The translations under genes were made by a program, and so were the position numbers. The notes below the pieces were generated by a model. That model was not told where the DNA came from. It searched no databases and worked only from the letters and a program-made list of their open reading frames with translations. A stretch of 62,681 nt of DNA, filler included. It is 4 parts of 4 records of this genome, joined end to end, with 100 filler letters (N's around TTAATTAATTAA, not from the genome) between each part and the next. Parts side by side here need not be neighbours in the genome. Positions count along the whole stretch, not along the records: positions 46,137 to 62,681 come from SRR22947725_6722; 3 more parts are not named here. One strand, 5' to 3'. How positions within the stretch are numbered: position 1 is the stretch's first letter; each line of letters begins with the position of its first letter. Below, in pieces: positions 52,909 through 62,681 of the stretch.

Positions 52909-54609
52909 TCAATTCACCAGATAAGGGCGGTTGCGGTCAGCGGGCGGACGATGGGCATGCCCTTCTTGCGGGAAATCGCCAACGGTCATCGGGTTCATCC
53001 CCTGATTCTTGAGCGATTGCAGGAAGGCAGCAAAGCCCGACAGATCCGCCATACGCGGCGCTTCGGTCAGGCGGAGCGCATTGGCCCCCTCGGTCGCATC
53101 GAGGATGCTTTGCAGGTTCTCCATCGGTTCTTCGATGAATTCCGCCAGCGTCCAGATCCGGATATCGGCGCGGGATTTGACATGGCGCAGCGTGTTGACG
53201 AATTCGACCTCGCGCCGCTGCAGCAAGGCGGCCTCCTGCCGGATATCGGCGAAATTGCGGTTGGACAGGTATAACTGCACCGCCCAAGCCCCGGTGATGA
53301 CCGAAATCTGCGCATTGCTGTCGGCGGCCAGAAAGGCGCCGATCTTTTGGCTGTCGCGCGGCAAGAACATGAAACTCTGCCGTTCGCCCCGGGTGTTCCA
53401 AATCATGCTGGTCAGAAAATGCTCGGGGTTATAGTCGCGCATCGTGGCGCTGGACGACAAGCCGCCGGCATAGGTCGACGCATCACCGGCAAACCGGGCG
53501 CGGCGGGGGTCGAAGATATTTCAATGCACCACCGTGCCGAACCGACGCGACAGCCACCCCTCGAAATCGAGGAAGAGATCATTAAAGCCGTGGAAAACCG
53601 AATAGGGTGCGGCGGTCTTGCCGTTTTCCCAATCCGGGTTGGGAAAGCGGCTATGCATGTAAAGGCCCGGCCGACCACGCGTTCGGCGCTCCAAGGCCCG
53701 CGAGAACACGCGGTCGATCTTGCCCGGCGCAGGCTCGGCCATACGGCTGATCGCGGCGTCATCGGTCAGGAAGGTATTGTAGAGGCGGTTGGCCTTGGGC
53801 CAGATCTTGCGGGCCACAAAGCAATCGGACCGGCGCAACAGATGCAGGTGTTCGTCGTAGAACACATGCGGTTTGCCCTGAAAGTCGAATTTGGACAGGG
53901 TGAGTGAGCGGCTTTCGATCGTGCGGGCATAGTTGCGGACCAAGGTCTGGTAATAGCTTTCATCCGGTATCCAGACGAGGCTGAAGAACCGTTCAAGCTC
54001 GCGCCGCCGAGGGTCTTGCAAAATGGCGGTCAGGGTCTGGCGGGTCAGGCACCACCATTGGCTTCCCAGATGCGGCACGACCCCATCGGGCAATTGGCGG
54101 CGATAGCCGACCCGGCGTTGCAGGTCGACATAGGTGTCGAACAAGAACCGATGCCGCTTCCATGAAAAGGGAAAGCGCAGCTTGAAACGTTCATCATTCA
54201 GGCCGCCAACCGTCCAATCCACATCACGGATGGTGACGCTTTCGATGAAGTCGGTCATGGGCCGGGCAGCAAGATAGGCCTGCAACTCATCCACCGGCCG
54301 TAACGGCAGGCACGAGCCCGAGGCCAGATAGACATGGCGGACACCGGGAAATTCCGCCAGCAGCAATTCAGCCGCCGATTGGGACGCCTGCACCAGTGAC
54401 CATGTTCCCCATTCGCAACGTAGGCGCTTGGTAAATCGGACATTCTCAAGATCAGCCAATTCACGCCGGAAATCGTCATAGCGGCTGCGTTTGACCTGAC
54501 GATCGACATGGATGACCACAGGGCAATCACGCTCGGCCCAGTGGCGGGCCACCTGCGCCGCCCGATGCAGCGCGGTGTGGCACAGCATGACGAAGCCAAG
54601 GCTGCTCAT
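52909..54609 (-). pseudogene. Core-2/I-branching (GT14-like) glycosyltransferase with DUF5928-like C-terminus, in-frame TGA at 53521-53523
   Basis: HVD, EWGTWSLV, LASGSCLPL, GSQWWCL, PDESYYQT; ORFs 53521-54678 and 52909-53460 share a frame with open sequence between; ATG 54609 overlaps upstream stop (ATGA). Confidence 0.8.
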
Positions 54610-55616
54610 GCCCAGTTCCCCTTGGACATCAGGCCGAGGATCTCCAGTTGGCGCCAGTTGATGTAACGCTCGGACCATTTGGTCCAGAAGTCGGGGTTTT
54701 CGCTGAGCCCTGCGTGATAGGCCTTGTACTCGGCGGATGCGGCGTAGTGCTGGCGGCGCTCAAGCTCTTCGCGCGCCTTGGTGCTGAAGGTATCGAGAAA
54801 CTTCGCATGAAGCAAAACGCCCGATGTCTTTTCGCCGCCCCATTCGTCGTAGACGAGGTTCAATCCGCGCGGCAGCAGCATATGTGTCGAGCTGGCATAG
54901 GCATAACTCTTGTGCCACTTGACCAGCGGGATCTTGTTCAGCGCAGGCGCCTTGGCGGGTGCATCGGTGAAAAAGGTCCGGGCGCGCGGCCCCCCTTGGA
55001 TCCACAGGTTGCCGTATTGCCAGTTTCGTTGGATGACGTAATTGCCCGGGTCGAACCAACAGGCGATCTGGAACGGATCGCTACCCTCTTCATAGGGTTG
55101 GGCGGTGATCGCCCCCTTGGGATACATATCAAGGATCATCGCGCCGAAGCTTTTGATCGAGGAGGCATCAAGCCAATCGGTCAGCGCGGGGATCGGGCGT
55201 GTATCGCTGAAGGGATAAACCAAGAACTCATCCGGATCGACCACCAAGCACCAATGTTTGTAGCCATAGAGCCGAAGCAGGCGGTTGATCCAATCCATGC
55301 CGAAACGCGCGCGCTTGTTGCTTTCGGGCGTTGTCCAGACGGAACAATCATCTTGCTCGGCAAGATATTCGCGGCTGCCATCATTGCTGTCGTTGTCGAC
55401 GAACAGGAAATGCGAAATGCCCCGATCACGATAATAACTGAGGAAGTATTTCAGCCGCACCTTTTCGTTGCGCAATGTGCAAAAACACAGCACATTCTGC
55501 GGCCCGATTGCATTGGTCCGATCTGCGACGACCCGTAAAGCCCGGCTTTTTCGCCAAGCGCGAACAAGGTATTTCTTGCGCTGCAGGCGCAATGCATACC
55601 GTTTGAACGCCTTCAT
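54606..55616 (-). CDS. Glycosyltransferase family 2 (Glyco_tranf_2_4 type)
   Basis: LRNE, FVDNDSNDGS, VDPDEF, LLHAKF. Confidence 0.9.
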   Translation of the reverse strand: MKAFKRYALRLQRKKYLVRAWRKSRALRVVADRTNAIGPQNVLCFCTLRNEKVRLKYFLSYYRDRGISHFLFVDNDSNDGSREYLAEQDDCSVWTTPESNKRARFGMDWINRLLRLYGYKHWCLVVDPDEFLVYPFSDTRPIPALTDWLDASSIKSFGAMILDMYPKGAITAQPYEEGSDPFQIACWFDPGNYVIQRNWQYGNLWIQGGPRARTFFTDAPAKAPALNKIPLVKWHKSYAYASSTHMLLPRGLNLVYDEWGGEKTSGVLLHAKFLDTFSTKAREELERRQHYAASAEYKAYHAGLSENPDFWTKWSERYINWRQLEILGLMSKGNWA

Positions 55617-55631
55617 GCTCGGCCCTTCCGC

Positions 55632-56858
55632 TCACGGGTGAGCGAGAAAGGCGCCCACCGTCTCAAAATGCGCATCCCACCCCGGAGCTTTGGGCGGGGG
55701 AAGGGATGGCAACTCGTCACTAACCACAAGAAGTTTCTTAATCGTTTCCGCCCAAGAATAGGCATCCTGATGCGGAACGTAAACTGCGCTGTTGCCAAGT
55801 GTTTCCCGAAAAACAGAAAGATCGCTGCAAATCGGCATTGCCCCGGCCAATGCAGCCTCAAGCGGCGGGTATCCGTAGCCTTCGGCCAATGACGGAAACA
55901 CCAGCGCGGCGGCGCGCGCCAGATGTCTGCGCACCTCCGCCTCCGACAATGGGCCATGGTGGTGGATTGCGCGTCCCAACAGGGGGTGGCGCGCAAGCCG
56001 CTCCATCAATGCATCGACCTGCCAGCCCGTCGGCCCGATGATGTGAAGCTGCGGAAGATGGTCCTGCGGCAGGTCGCGGGCCAACACCTCCCATGTGTCC
56101 AGCATCAAGCCATGGTTCTTTCGTGGCTCGATGGTGCCGAGCATCACGACATGGCGGCGGTCGCGAACGGTATCGTCATGCAGTGCGGCTTCAACGCCCA
56201 GATGCGCCACGATCCGATGTGGGCTTTGGCCGCCCGCCCAATGCCGCTTTAGCTCACCCGCGGTCGCGGCCGAATTGCAGATCACCAGATCGGCATATGC
56301 GCGCACAGCATCAAGCCGAGTCGCAAAGCGCGCGGGCATGCCCGGTGCGACAAGATCGGGGTGCGTGATCGGGATCAGGTCGTGGATCAATACCGCAACG
56401 CGCATCTCGGACTGGGAAGAAAAAGCCGCCAGTCGCGCGGCGGAAAGCCCCGTATGCCCGATATTGAGATACCAGCCCGGCCCCTTTGCCATGCGTCCGA
56501 TCATGCGCCCCAATCCGCCACGCAAACAGCGCGGGATAGCCAAGGAGCGCAAGGATGCTTCGACCCGATGACGCGGATCAGTGCCTTTTCCGAATAACCG
56601 CGATAGCCGATCTGCCGGGCCAAGTGGCATCTGGCCCAAAACGAGGTCGCGCAACACCTTGCCACCATCTTTATCGAGCAAGATGTAGCCACGCGTCGAG
56701 CGCAGCAAAAACCGCACCGCGGCGGTTGGGCATGTCAGGAGATGTTCAAGATAGGCCAGTTCGACCCGGTCGATACCGGTCAAGACCCCACGCCCAGCGC
56801 GGCTGACGAGCCGCGTCACATCCTGCCAGATCACACCCGCTTGCAAAAGACCGGGCAT
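55632..56858 (-). CDS. Glycosyltransferase family 4
   Basis: TGIDRVE, IHDLIP, GTIEPRKNH, FPSLAEGYGYPPLEA. Confidence 0.9.
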   Translation of the reverse strand: MPGLLQAGVIWQDVTRLVSRAGRGVLTGIDRVELAYLEHLLTCPTAAVRFLLRSTRGYILLDKDGGKVLRDLVLGQMPLGPADRLSRLFGKGTDPRHRVEASLRSLAIPRCLRGGLGRMIGRMAKGPGWYLNIGHTGLSAARLAAFSSQSEMRVAVLIHDLIPITHPDLVAPGMPARFATRLDAVRAYADLVICNSAATAGELKRHWAGGQSPHRIVAHLGVEAALHDDTVRDRRHVVMLGTIEPRKNHGLMLDTWEVLARDLPQDHLPQLHIIGPTGWQVDALMERLARHPLLGRAIHHHGPLSEAEVRRHLARAAALVFPSLAEGYGYPPLEAALAGAMPICSDLSVFRETLGNSAVYVPHQDAYSWAETIKKLLVVSDELPSLPPPKAPGWDAHFETVGAFLAHP

Positions 56859-56874
56859 CGCGGCGGCCCCATGC

Positions 56875-57768
56875 CTATTCCGCGGCGTTGCGCGCCGCCA
56901 TCAGATCGCCCAGATATTGGGAAAATTCGTCGCGCAGATCATCGCGGCCCAAGGCAAAGGCGACTGTCGCCTGCAAAAAGCCCGCCTTTGAGCCGCAATC
57001 GAAACGCTGCCCGCGGAACCGGAAACCATAGACATTGTCCGAATTTGCGATCTCCTGCGCGATCGCATCGGTCAACTGCACTTCACCGCCTGCGCCGGTT
57101 TTGATCTTGTTGAGATTGTCCATGATCGCGGGCGTAAGAATGTAGCGACCGATCACCGCCAAATTCGAGGGCGCTGTGCCTTGCGCGGGCTTTTCGACCA
57201 TCCCCTTGACCGAAACGACGGACCCCATGTCTTGCTTGATATCAAGCACACCATAGGCCGAGGTTTTGGCGGCAGGCACCTCCATCGCGGCGACCATATT
57301 GCCGCCGATCTCGGCATGGGCCTCGACCATCTGCTGCAAACAGGGCGTTTCGGCGGCGATCACATCATCGGGCAGGATCACGGCAAAGGATTCATTGCCC
57401 AACAGCCGCCGCGCGCACCAGACCGCATGACCCAGGCCCATCGCGCGATGCTGGCGAATATAGGCAATGGCACCCGATTCCATATTGGTGGTCTTCAGCG
57501 CCTCAAGCAGGTCTGTCTTGCCCTTCTTGCGCAGCTGGTTCTCCAACTCAGGCGCATTATCGAAATAATCCTCGAGTGCGGATTTCCCCCGGCTGGTGAC
57601 GAAGATGAAATCCTTGATACCAGCGGCGCGCGCCTCGTCGATGGCGTATTGGATCAGCGGGCGATCCACCAAGGTCATGATCTCTTTCGGGATCGACTTT
57701 GTTGCTGGAAGAAACCGGGTGCCAAGGCCAGCCACCGGAAAGATCGCTTTTGTCACGCGCTTTTTCAT
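56875..57768 (-). CDS. galU: UTP--glucose-1-phosphate uridylyltransferase
   Basis: PVAGLGTRFLPATKSIPKE, GLGHAV, VEKP, EVQLTDA. Confidence 0.97.
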   Translation of the reverse strand: MKKRVTKAIFPVAGLGTRFLPATKSIPKEIMTLVDRPLIQYAIDEARAAGIKDFIFVTSRGKSALEDYFDNAPELENQLRKKGKTDLLEALKTTNMESGAIAYIRQHRAMGLGHAVWCARRLLGNESFAVILPDDVIAAETPCLQQMVEAHAEIGGNMVAAMEVPAAKTSAYGVLDIKQDMGSVVSVKGMVEKPAQGTAPSNLAVIGRYILTPAIMDNLNKIKTGAGGEVQLTDAIAQEIANSDNVYGFRFRGQRFDCGSKAGFLQATVAFALGRDDLRDEFSQYLGDLMAARNAAE

Positions 57769-57855
57769 TTACTCACCCTTGCTTGCCTGCCCATGCAAAC
57801 CGCTTTTCGCGACGATGTTGCGCGCCAGTATGGCGACAACCCGCACAAAGGGGAA

Positions 57856-59079
57856 TCATGAAAAGACTCTTTCGATTGAGATTTCGCCGAAAAGTCGCTG
57901 TGTCTCGGCCAAGATACGGTTTTGATACCGCCATGGTTGAAAGCGCGCGCCGGTTCGATCTGAGGGCCCGTAAAGCCCGCCACGCTGTTCCCACCAGCCG
58001 CCTTGGGTGAATTCCACCCTATGTTTACGCGGTGAGGGTGCGAGCAAGATGAGTGTGGTGGGCTGTCCATCGGCGATTTTTGCTGCGGCATGGGTGCGAA
58101 GTTTCTGCGCCGAGAACCACCAACCATCGGCAAAGGCCATTTCAGGCGGCAATGTCCCGCGCAGTGGTTGAAACGACCTTTGACAGGGCGCGATGATCGG
58201 CGTGCTGCTCGCGCGCTTGGTACCCTCAGAAATGCCGGAGCGTAGGCTTTCCATCAGCTTGCGAATCTCTTGGGCTGTCAGTTTGCGCCGCCGCGCCAAC
58301 CGCAAGAGCCGCGCACGCTGCGCCGCCTCGAGGCGCGCCACGGCGACGTCGCGGTCGGCAGGCGCGTGTTTGCGCAGGAATAGAGCCGTCGACGCGCCGA
58401 TATCGAACAGATCGAGCGGCACGCGATCTTCGGTCCGGCGGACGCTTGCGGCGAAACCATGATGCACGACGGCGTTGGGCAGATAGGCGATCTGCAAACC
58501 CGCCTCGCCCAATCGCAACGCGAGGTCGGTTTCATCGAGGAAAAAGGCAAACCCCGTGTCGAATCCGCCTGTTCGAGACAATATCTTGCGTCGAAAAGCC
58601 ATATTCGTGCCGTGGATTTTCGGCACCTCCCCCGGCGCGATCTGCTCTTCGGCGGGCAACCATCGATCACGGCCCTGCCTGTCGACCGCCATGCGCCCCC
58701 ATTGCAAGGATATGCCGTTGCGGCCGATCACCGGCCCGGTAGCAGCGGCGATCGCCGGATCGGCGAATGCGGCAAGCAAGGCCGCGGCCCAGCCGGGTTC
58801 TGGGACAGCGTCATCATCGATAAAGGCCACGATCTCTGCCGCCGCGGCTGCGATGCCCGCGTTCCGCGCAGCCGAGATATTGGGCCGATCTTGCGGTAGA
58901 ATCGTCAACCGGGCGGCTTGGGGGTGTCGTTGTGCGACCGCCATACCTGCGGGGTCTGCAACCACGATCACCTCGGCCCTTGTGGTCTGCATCTGCGACA
59001 GTGCCGTCAGGCAGCGATCCAATGCGCGGGGGCGCCCCGCGCTGACCACGACGACACTCAACCGCAGGGCATCACTCAC
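57856..59079 (-). CDS. Glycosyltransferase family 2
   Basis: SVVVVS, ISAARNAG, AFIDDDA, GTNMAFR, GGFD, DETD; GTG 59079 overlaps kdsB stop. Confidence 0.88.
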   Translation of the reverse strand: MSDALRLSVVVVSAGRPRALDRCLTALSQMQTTRAEVIVVADPAGMAVAQRHPQAARLTILPQDRPNISAARNAGIAAAAAEIVAFIDDDAVPEPGWAAALLAAFADPAIAAATGPVIGRNGISLQWGRMAVDRQGRDRWLPAEEQIAPGEVPKIHGTNMAFRRKILSRTGGFDTGFAFFLDETDLALRLGEAGLQIAYLPNAVVHHGFAASVRRTEDRVPLDLFDIGASTALFLRKHAPADRDVAVARLEAAQRARLLRLARRRKLTAQEIRKLMESLRSGISEGTKRASSTPIIAPCQRSFQPLRGTLPPEMAFADGWWFSAQKLRTHAAAKIADGQPTTLILLAPSPRKHRVEFTQGGWWEQRGGLYGPSDRTGARFQPWRYQNRILAETQRLFGEISIERVFS

Positions 59080-59876
59080 GGCAGACCCATCTCCTTCAGC
59101 ATTGCCTCGATCCGCGGCACATCTTCGGGGTTGTTGAGTTCCCAGAATTTGCGGCCCTGTGCCGCCACTTCGACACAAAGCACCGGGTGCCCCGCCTCGA
59201 GAAAACGGAGCTGCTCCAACCCTTCCAATGTCTCAAGCGGGCCGATGGGCCAATCAGGATAGGCGCGCAACGCATCGGGCCTATAGGCATAAACGCCCAC
59301 ATGGTGAAACACCGGGGTCGGCGCGTCATTTGCGTAATTTTGCGCGGTGAACGGGATCACCTCCTTGGAGAAGTAGAGCCCGCGCATCGCATGATCGACA
59401 ACGGCGGTGGTGCCACCCACACGCCCAGCGGCGCGATCGGCCTTGAGTGCTGCCAATGTCTCGCCATCGCAGCGTAGGATCGGTGTGGCGATCGCCGCAC
59501 CGGGATCGGCGCGCAGGCCCGCGATCAGCGCCTCCAGAAACCATGGCGGCGTCAGCGGCGCATCACCCTGCAGGTTAACGACCATCTCGACCCCGTCGCC
59601 AAGCTGGGCCAAGGCCTCGGCGCAGCGTTCAGTGCCGTTGCGCGCCTCAGGCGATGTCATCAAGACCGACGCGCCAAAGCCAGCCGCCGCATCGGCGATG
59701 CGCGCGTCATCGGTGGCGACATAGATCGCGTCGAAACCCGACACGGAACAGGCGGCCCGCCAGCTACGTTCGATGAGGCTTTGGGCCTGCCCCGTTGCGC
59801 CGCGCAGCGCCACAAGCGGCTTGCCGGGATAGCGGGTCGAGGCATAGCGGGCCGGAATAATGCAGATGACACTCAT
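59076..59876 (-). CDS. kdsB: 3-deoxy-manno-octulosonate cytidylyltransferase
   Basis: IIPARYASTRYPGKPL, GTERC, NLQGD, LEQLR. Confidence 0.95.
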   Translation of the reverse strand: MSVICIIPARYASTRYPGKPLVALRGATGQAQSLIERSWRAACSVSGFDAIYVATDDARIADAAAGFGASVLMTSPEARNGTERCAEALAQLGDGVEMVVNLQGDAPLTPPWFLEALIAGLRADPGAAIATPILRCDGETLAALKADRAAGRVGGTTAVVDHAMRGLYFSKEVIPFTAQNYANDAPTPVFHHVGVYAYRPDALRAYPDWPIGPLETLEGLEQLRFLEAGHPVLCVEVAAQGRKFWELNNPEDVPRIEAMLKEMGLP

Positions 59877-60670
59877 GGTTGTTGCAGCTCTACCCCCGGG
59901 GCGAATGCGATGAAGAACCCATTGGCAAAGCCCGGTTTGCCATAGGTAAAGGGCTGATGATCCTCGAACCGCACCATGCGGCCGCCAGCACCGCGCAAGA
60001 CCGCGTCACCGGCGGCGGTGTCCCATTCCATCGTGCGGCCGAGGCGCGGGTAAAGATCGGCCTCACCCGTCGCGACAAGGCAGAACTTCAGCGACGAGCC
60101 CGCGCTTTTGAGATCGGCCACGCCATATTTCGCAATATAGGCATCCGTCGCGGCATCGCGGTGAGATTTCGAGGCCACGACGAATAGGCCGTTCTTATCC
60201 GGTTGACCGACCCTGATCGGCGTTGTCGGGCCGATATTCTCGGGATCGAAAGGGCCGGTTTCTTCAACACTTTGACCGTTGGCATCAGTGTAGAATAGCC
60301 GCCCCTTTGCAGGCGCAAAGACGACGCCGCGCTGCGGAACGCCCTTTTCGACCAGGGCGATATTCACCGTGAAATCGCCGCGGCGCTGAACAAATTCCTT
60401 GGTGCCATCAAGCGGATCGACGATCAGGAAAGTTGCAGCAGTCTGCGCGTGGCTGTCGGCCTGTTCTTCGGTCACCAACACCATATCGGGGAAAGCCGCG
60501 CGCAACCGGGCCGAGATCAGCGCATCGGCTGCTTCATCCGCTTCGGTTACGGGGCTCTCATCAGATTTGGCCCGCACATCGAAATCATCGGCCCTATAGA
60601 CCTCCATGATCCGCGCGCCCGCTTCGATTGCCGCTTCACGGAAAACCCGCACCACATGATCGTAATCCAC
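59873..60670 (-). CDS. cysQ: 3'(2'),5'-bisphosphate nucleotidase
   Basis: SPVTEAD, VDPLDGTKEF, GSSLKFC, MEWDTAAG; GTG 60670 after GGAGG. Confidence 0.95.
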   Translation of the reverse strand: MDYDHVVRVFREAAIEAGARIMEVYRADDFDVRAKSDESPVTEADEAADALISARLRAAFPDMVLVTEEQADSHAQTAATFLIVDPLDGTKEFVQRRGDFTVNIALVEKGVPQRGVVFAPAKGRLFYTDANGQSVEETGPFDPENIGPTTPIRVGQPDKNGLFVVASKSHRDAATDAYIAKYGVADLKSAGSSLKFCLVATGEADLYPRLGRTMEWDTAAGDAVLRGAGGRMVRFEDHQPFTYGKPGFANGFFIAFAPGVELQQP

Positions 60671-60801
60671 ATCCGCCTCCATTTTGCCTTGATTGCGTGA
60701 TAAGGCTAACGCGTTATCGTCGGCATCAGGCTGCGGGGCAAGTGCGGTGCGCAAGGGAACATCCCGGCCGCGTTGTTTGGGTAGTCAGGGGTTAGCCGCT
60801 T

Positions 60802-61623
60802 ATGTTCGAGGCAAGGCGCACGCAATCGACCTTCAGTCTTGCGATGAACATGCTTGAGCTCAGCTTTGTCGCAGCAGCCCGCAAAGTGCGCCAAAGCCAT
60901 CGCAACGCAATTTGGGCGATCATGCTCAGCGTGTTGCAATCGGTACTGTTCATCGCGGCCTTCTACTTCATGTTCAGCTTGATCGGCGCGCGCGCCGCGG
61001 CAATCCGTGGCGATTTCATGCTCTATCTACTGACGGGCATTTTTGCCTATCTCACACATATCAAGGCGGTTCAGCAGATCATGGGCGCCGAAGGTGCGAC
61101 ATCTGCGATGATGCGACATGCGCCGATGAACACGCTGGTGGCGATCATCTCTTCCGCGTTGAGCATTCTTTACACGCAAACCGTCAGCCTGCTGGTCGTG
61201 CTTCTGATGATTCACACGGTCATCAACCCGATCACCTTTCATGCGTGGCCCGGCGCGCTTTTGATGTATCTTTTGGCTTGGGCGACCGGATGCGCCGTGG
61301 GCCTATTGCTGATGGCGGCGAAGCCGTGGTTGCCTGATGTGGTGACGATCCTTCAACTGATCTATGTCCGCGCCAACATGATCGCCTCGGGCAAGATGTT
61401 CGTGGCCAACATGATGCCGGGCATGATGATCGATATGTTCGATTGGAACCCGTTGTTCCACGTGATCGATCAAGCGCGGGGTTTCACCTTCGTCAACTAT
61501 TTCCCACACCACACCAACTGGGAATACCCGCTCTATTTCACCCTGATCGCATTGCTGATCGGCTTCATGGGTGAGGCCTATACACGCAAGCATGTCTCGG
61601 CCAGCTGGGGCGCGGGGCGCTGA
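60802..61623 (+). CDS. ABC-2 type permease (KpsM/Wzm-like)
   Basis: About six TM segments, WNPLFHVIDQARG. Confidence 0.85.
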   Translation: MFEARRTQSTFSLAMNMLELSFVAAARKVRQSHRNAIWAIMLSVLQSVLFIAAFYFMFSLIGARAAAIRGDFMLYLLTGIFAYLTHIKAVQQIMGAEGATSAMMRHAPMNTLVAIISSALSILYTQTVSLLVVLLMIHTVINPITFHAWPGALLMYLLAWATGCAVGLLLMAAKPWLPDVVTILQLIYVRANMIASGKMFVANMMPGMMIDMFDWNPLFHVIDQARGFTFVNYFPHHTNWEYPLYFTLIALLIGFMGEAYTRKHVSASWGAGR

Positions 61624-61800
61624 TCGGCCAAAAATGGCGTGAGCGGCAGGAAAACAAGGCTGCGCGCGCCACTGCAGGAGGGTGAACCAGCACCTGTGCG
61701 ACACCCACAAGGCGCCGCATAAACCCGGCAGATCGCCACCCAGCCCAGATCAATCTTGGGCATCCTATCAATTTGCCTGTTTTTCTACAGTCCAGCCCCG

Positions 61801-61829
61801 CTTGCAGGGGCTTGACCCCCCTCCTATAT
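61801..61829 (+). promoter_or_regulatory. RpoH (sigma32) promoter of dnaK
   Basis: CTTGCA-N16-CCTATAT, matching the alphaproteobacterial RpoH consensus CTTG...CCTATAT. Confidence 0.7.
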
Positions 61830-61861
61830 ACCCTCCGAACCGGTCGGGGCGTGCACCTTGA

Positions 61862-62681
<820 letters not shown>

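Noticed and set aside
53521..53523. TGA at a probable Gly position suggesting UGA recoding or selenocysteine
   Set aside because: Neighbouring genes (lptC, lptA, hpf, ptsN, kdsB) end in TGA normally; the site is not Cys-like; a single G-to-T change explains it
47444..60754. Many long overlapping ORFs (e.g. 47444-48235, 52261-53274, 54648-55538, 57181-57861)
   Set aside because: Shadow frames of clear genes in GC-rich DNA, with no motifs

Overview
This window is not one chromosome. It is four unrelated contigs joined by identical 100-bp spacers (44 N + TTAATTAATTAA + 44 N) at 8970-9069, 17090-17189 and 46037-46136. (A) 1-8969 is gammaproteobacterial: hflK-hflC-DUF2065-hisZ-purA, a xylose-reductase-like aldo/keto reductase and an Ldh_2 dehydrogenase. 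It is preceded by what looks like the right end of an island integrated in a tRNA-Leu gene, carrying a miniature MotA-like protein. (B) 9070-17089 is a very AT-rich, Flavobacteriia-like Wzx/Wzy surface-polysaccharide locus. (C) 17190-46036 is an AT-rich, compact Rhodobacterales-like housekeeping region (tatABC, nlpD, pcm, surE, serS, yajC-secDF, sodB, rarD, LOG, atm1-like ABC, RND pump, panB, yfgM-bamB-der, dnaB tail) with a candidate small RNA after sodB. (D) 46137-62681 is GC-rich Rhodobacteraceae. It starts with a second tRNA-Leu island end (glyoxalase pseudogene, Cys-rich microprotein), continues with rnd-lptCAB-hpf-ptsN and a sulfotransferase/glycosyltransferase/galU/kdsB/cysQ/ABC-2 cluster with two disrupted genes, and ends with dnaK fused chimerically to an inverted mutS fragment. 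No rRNA, intact tRNA, CRISPR array or integrase/transposase was seen. Best novelty candidates: the putative sulfated-glycan pathway beside lptCAB, the orphan mini-MotA, the GGGAGGA-bulge sRNA and the two island ends. Taxonomy, GC contrasts and family calls are by eye and from motif recall, with no database search.
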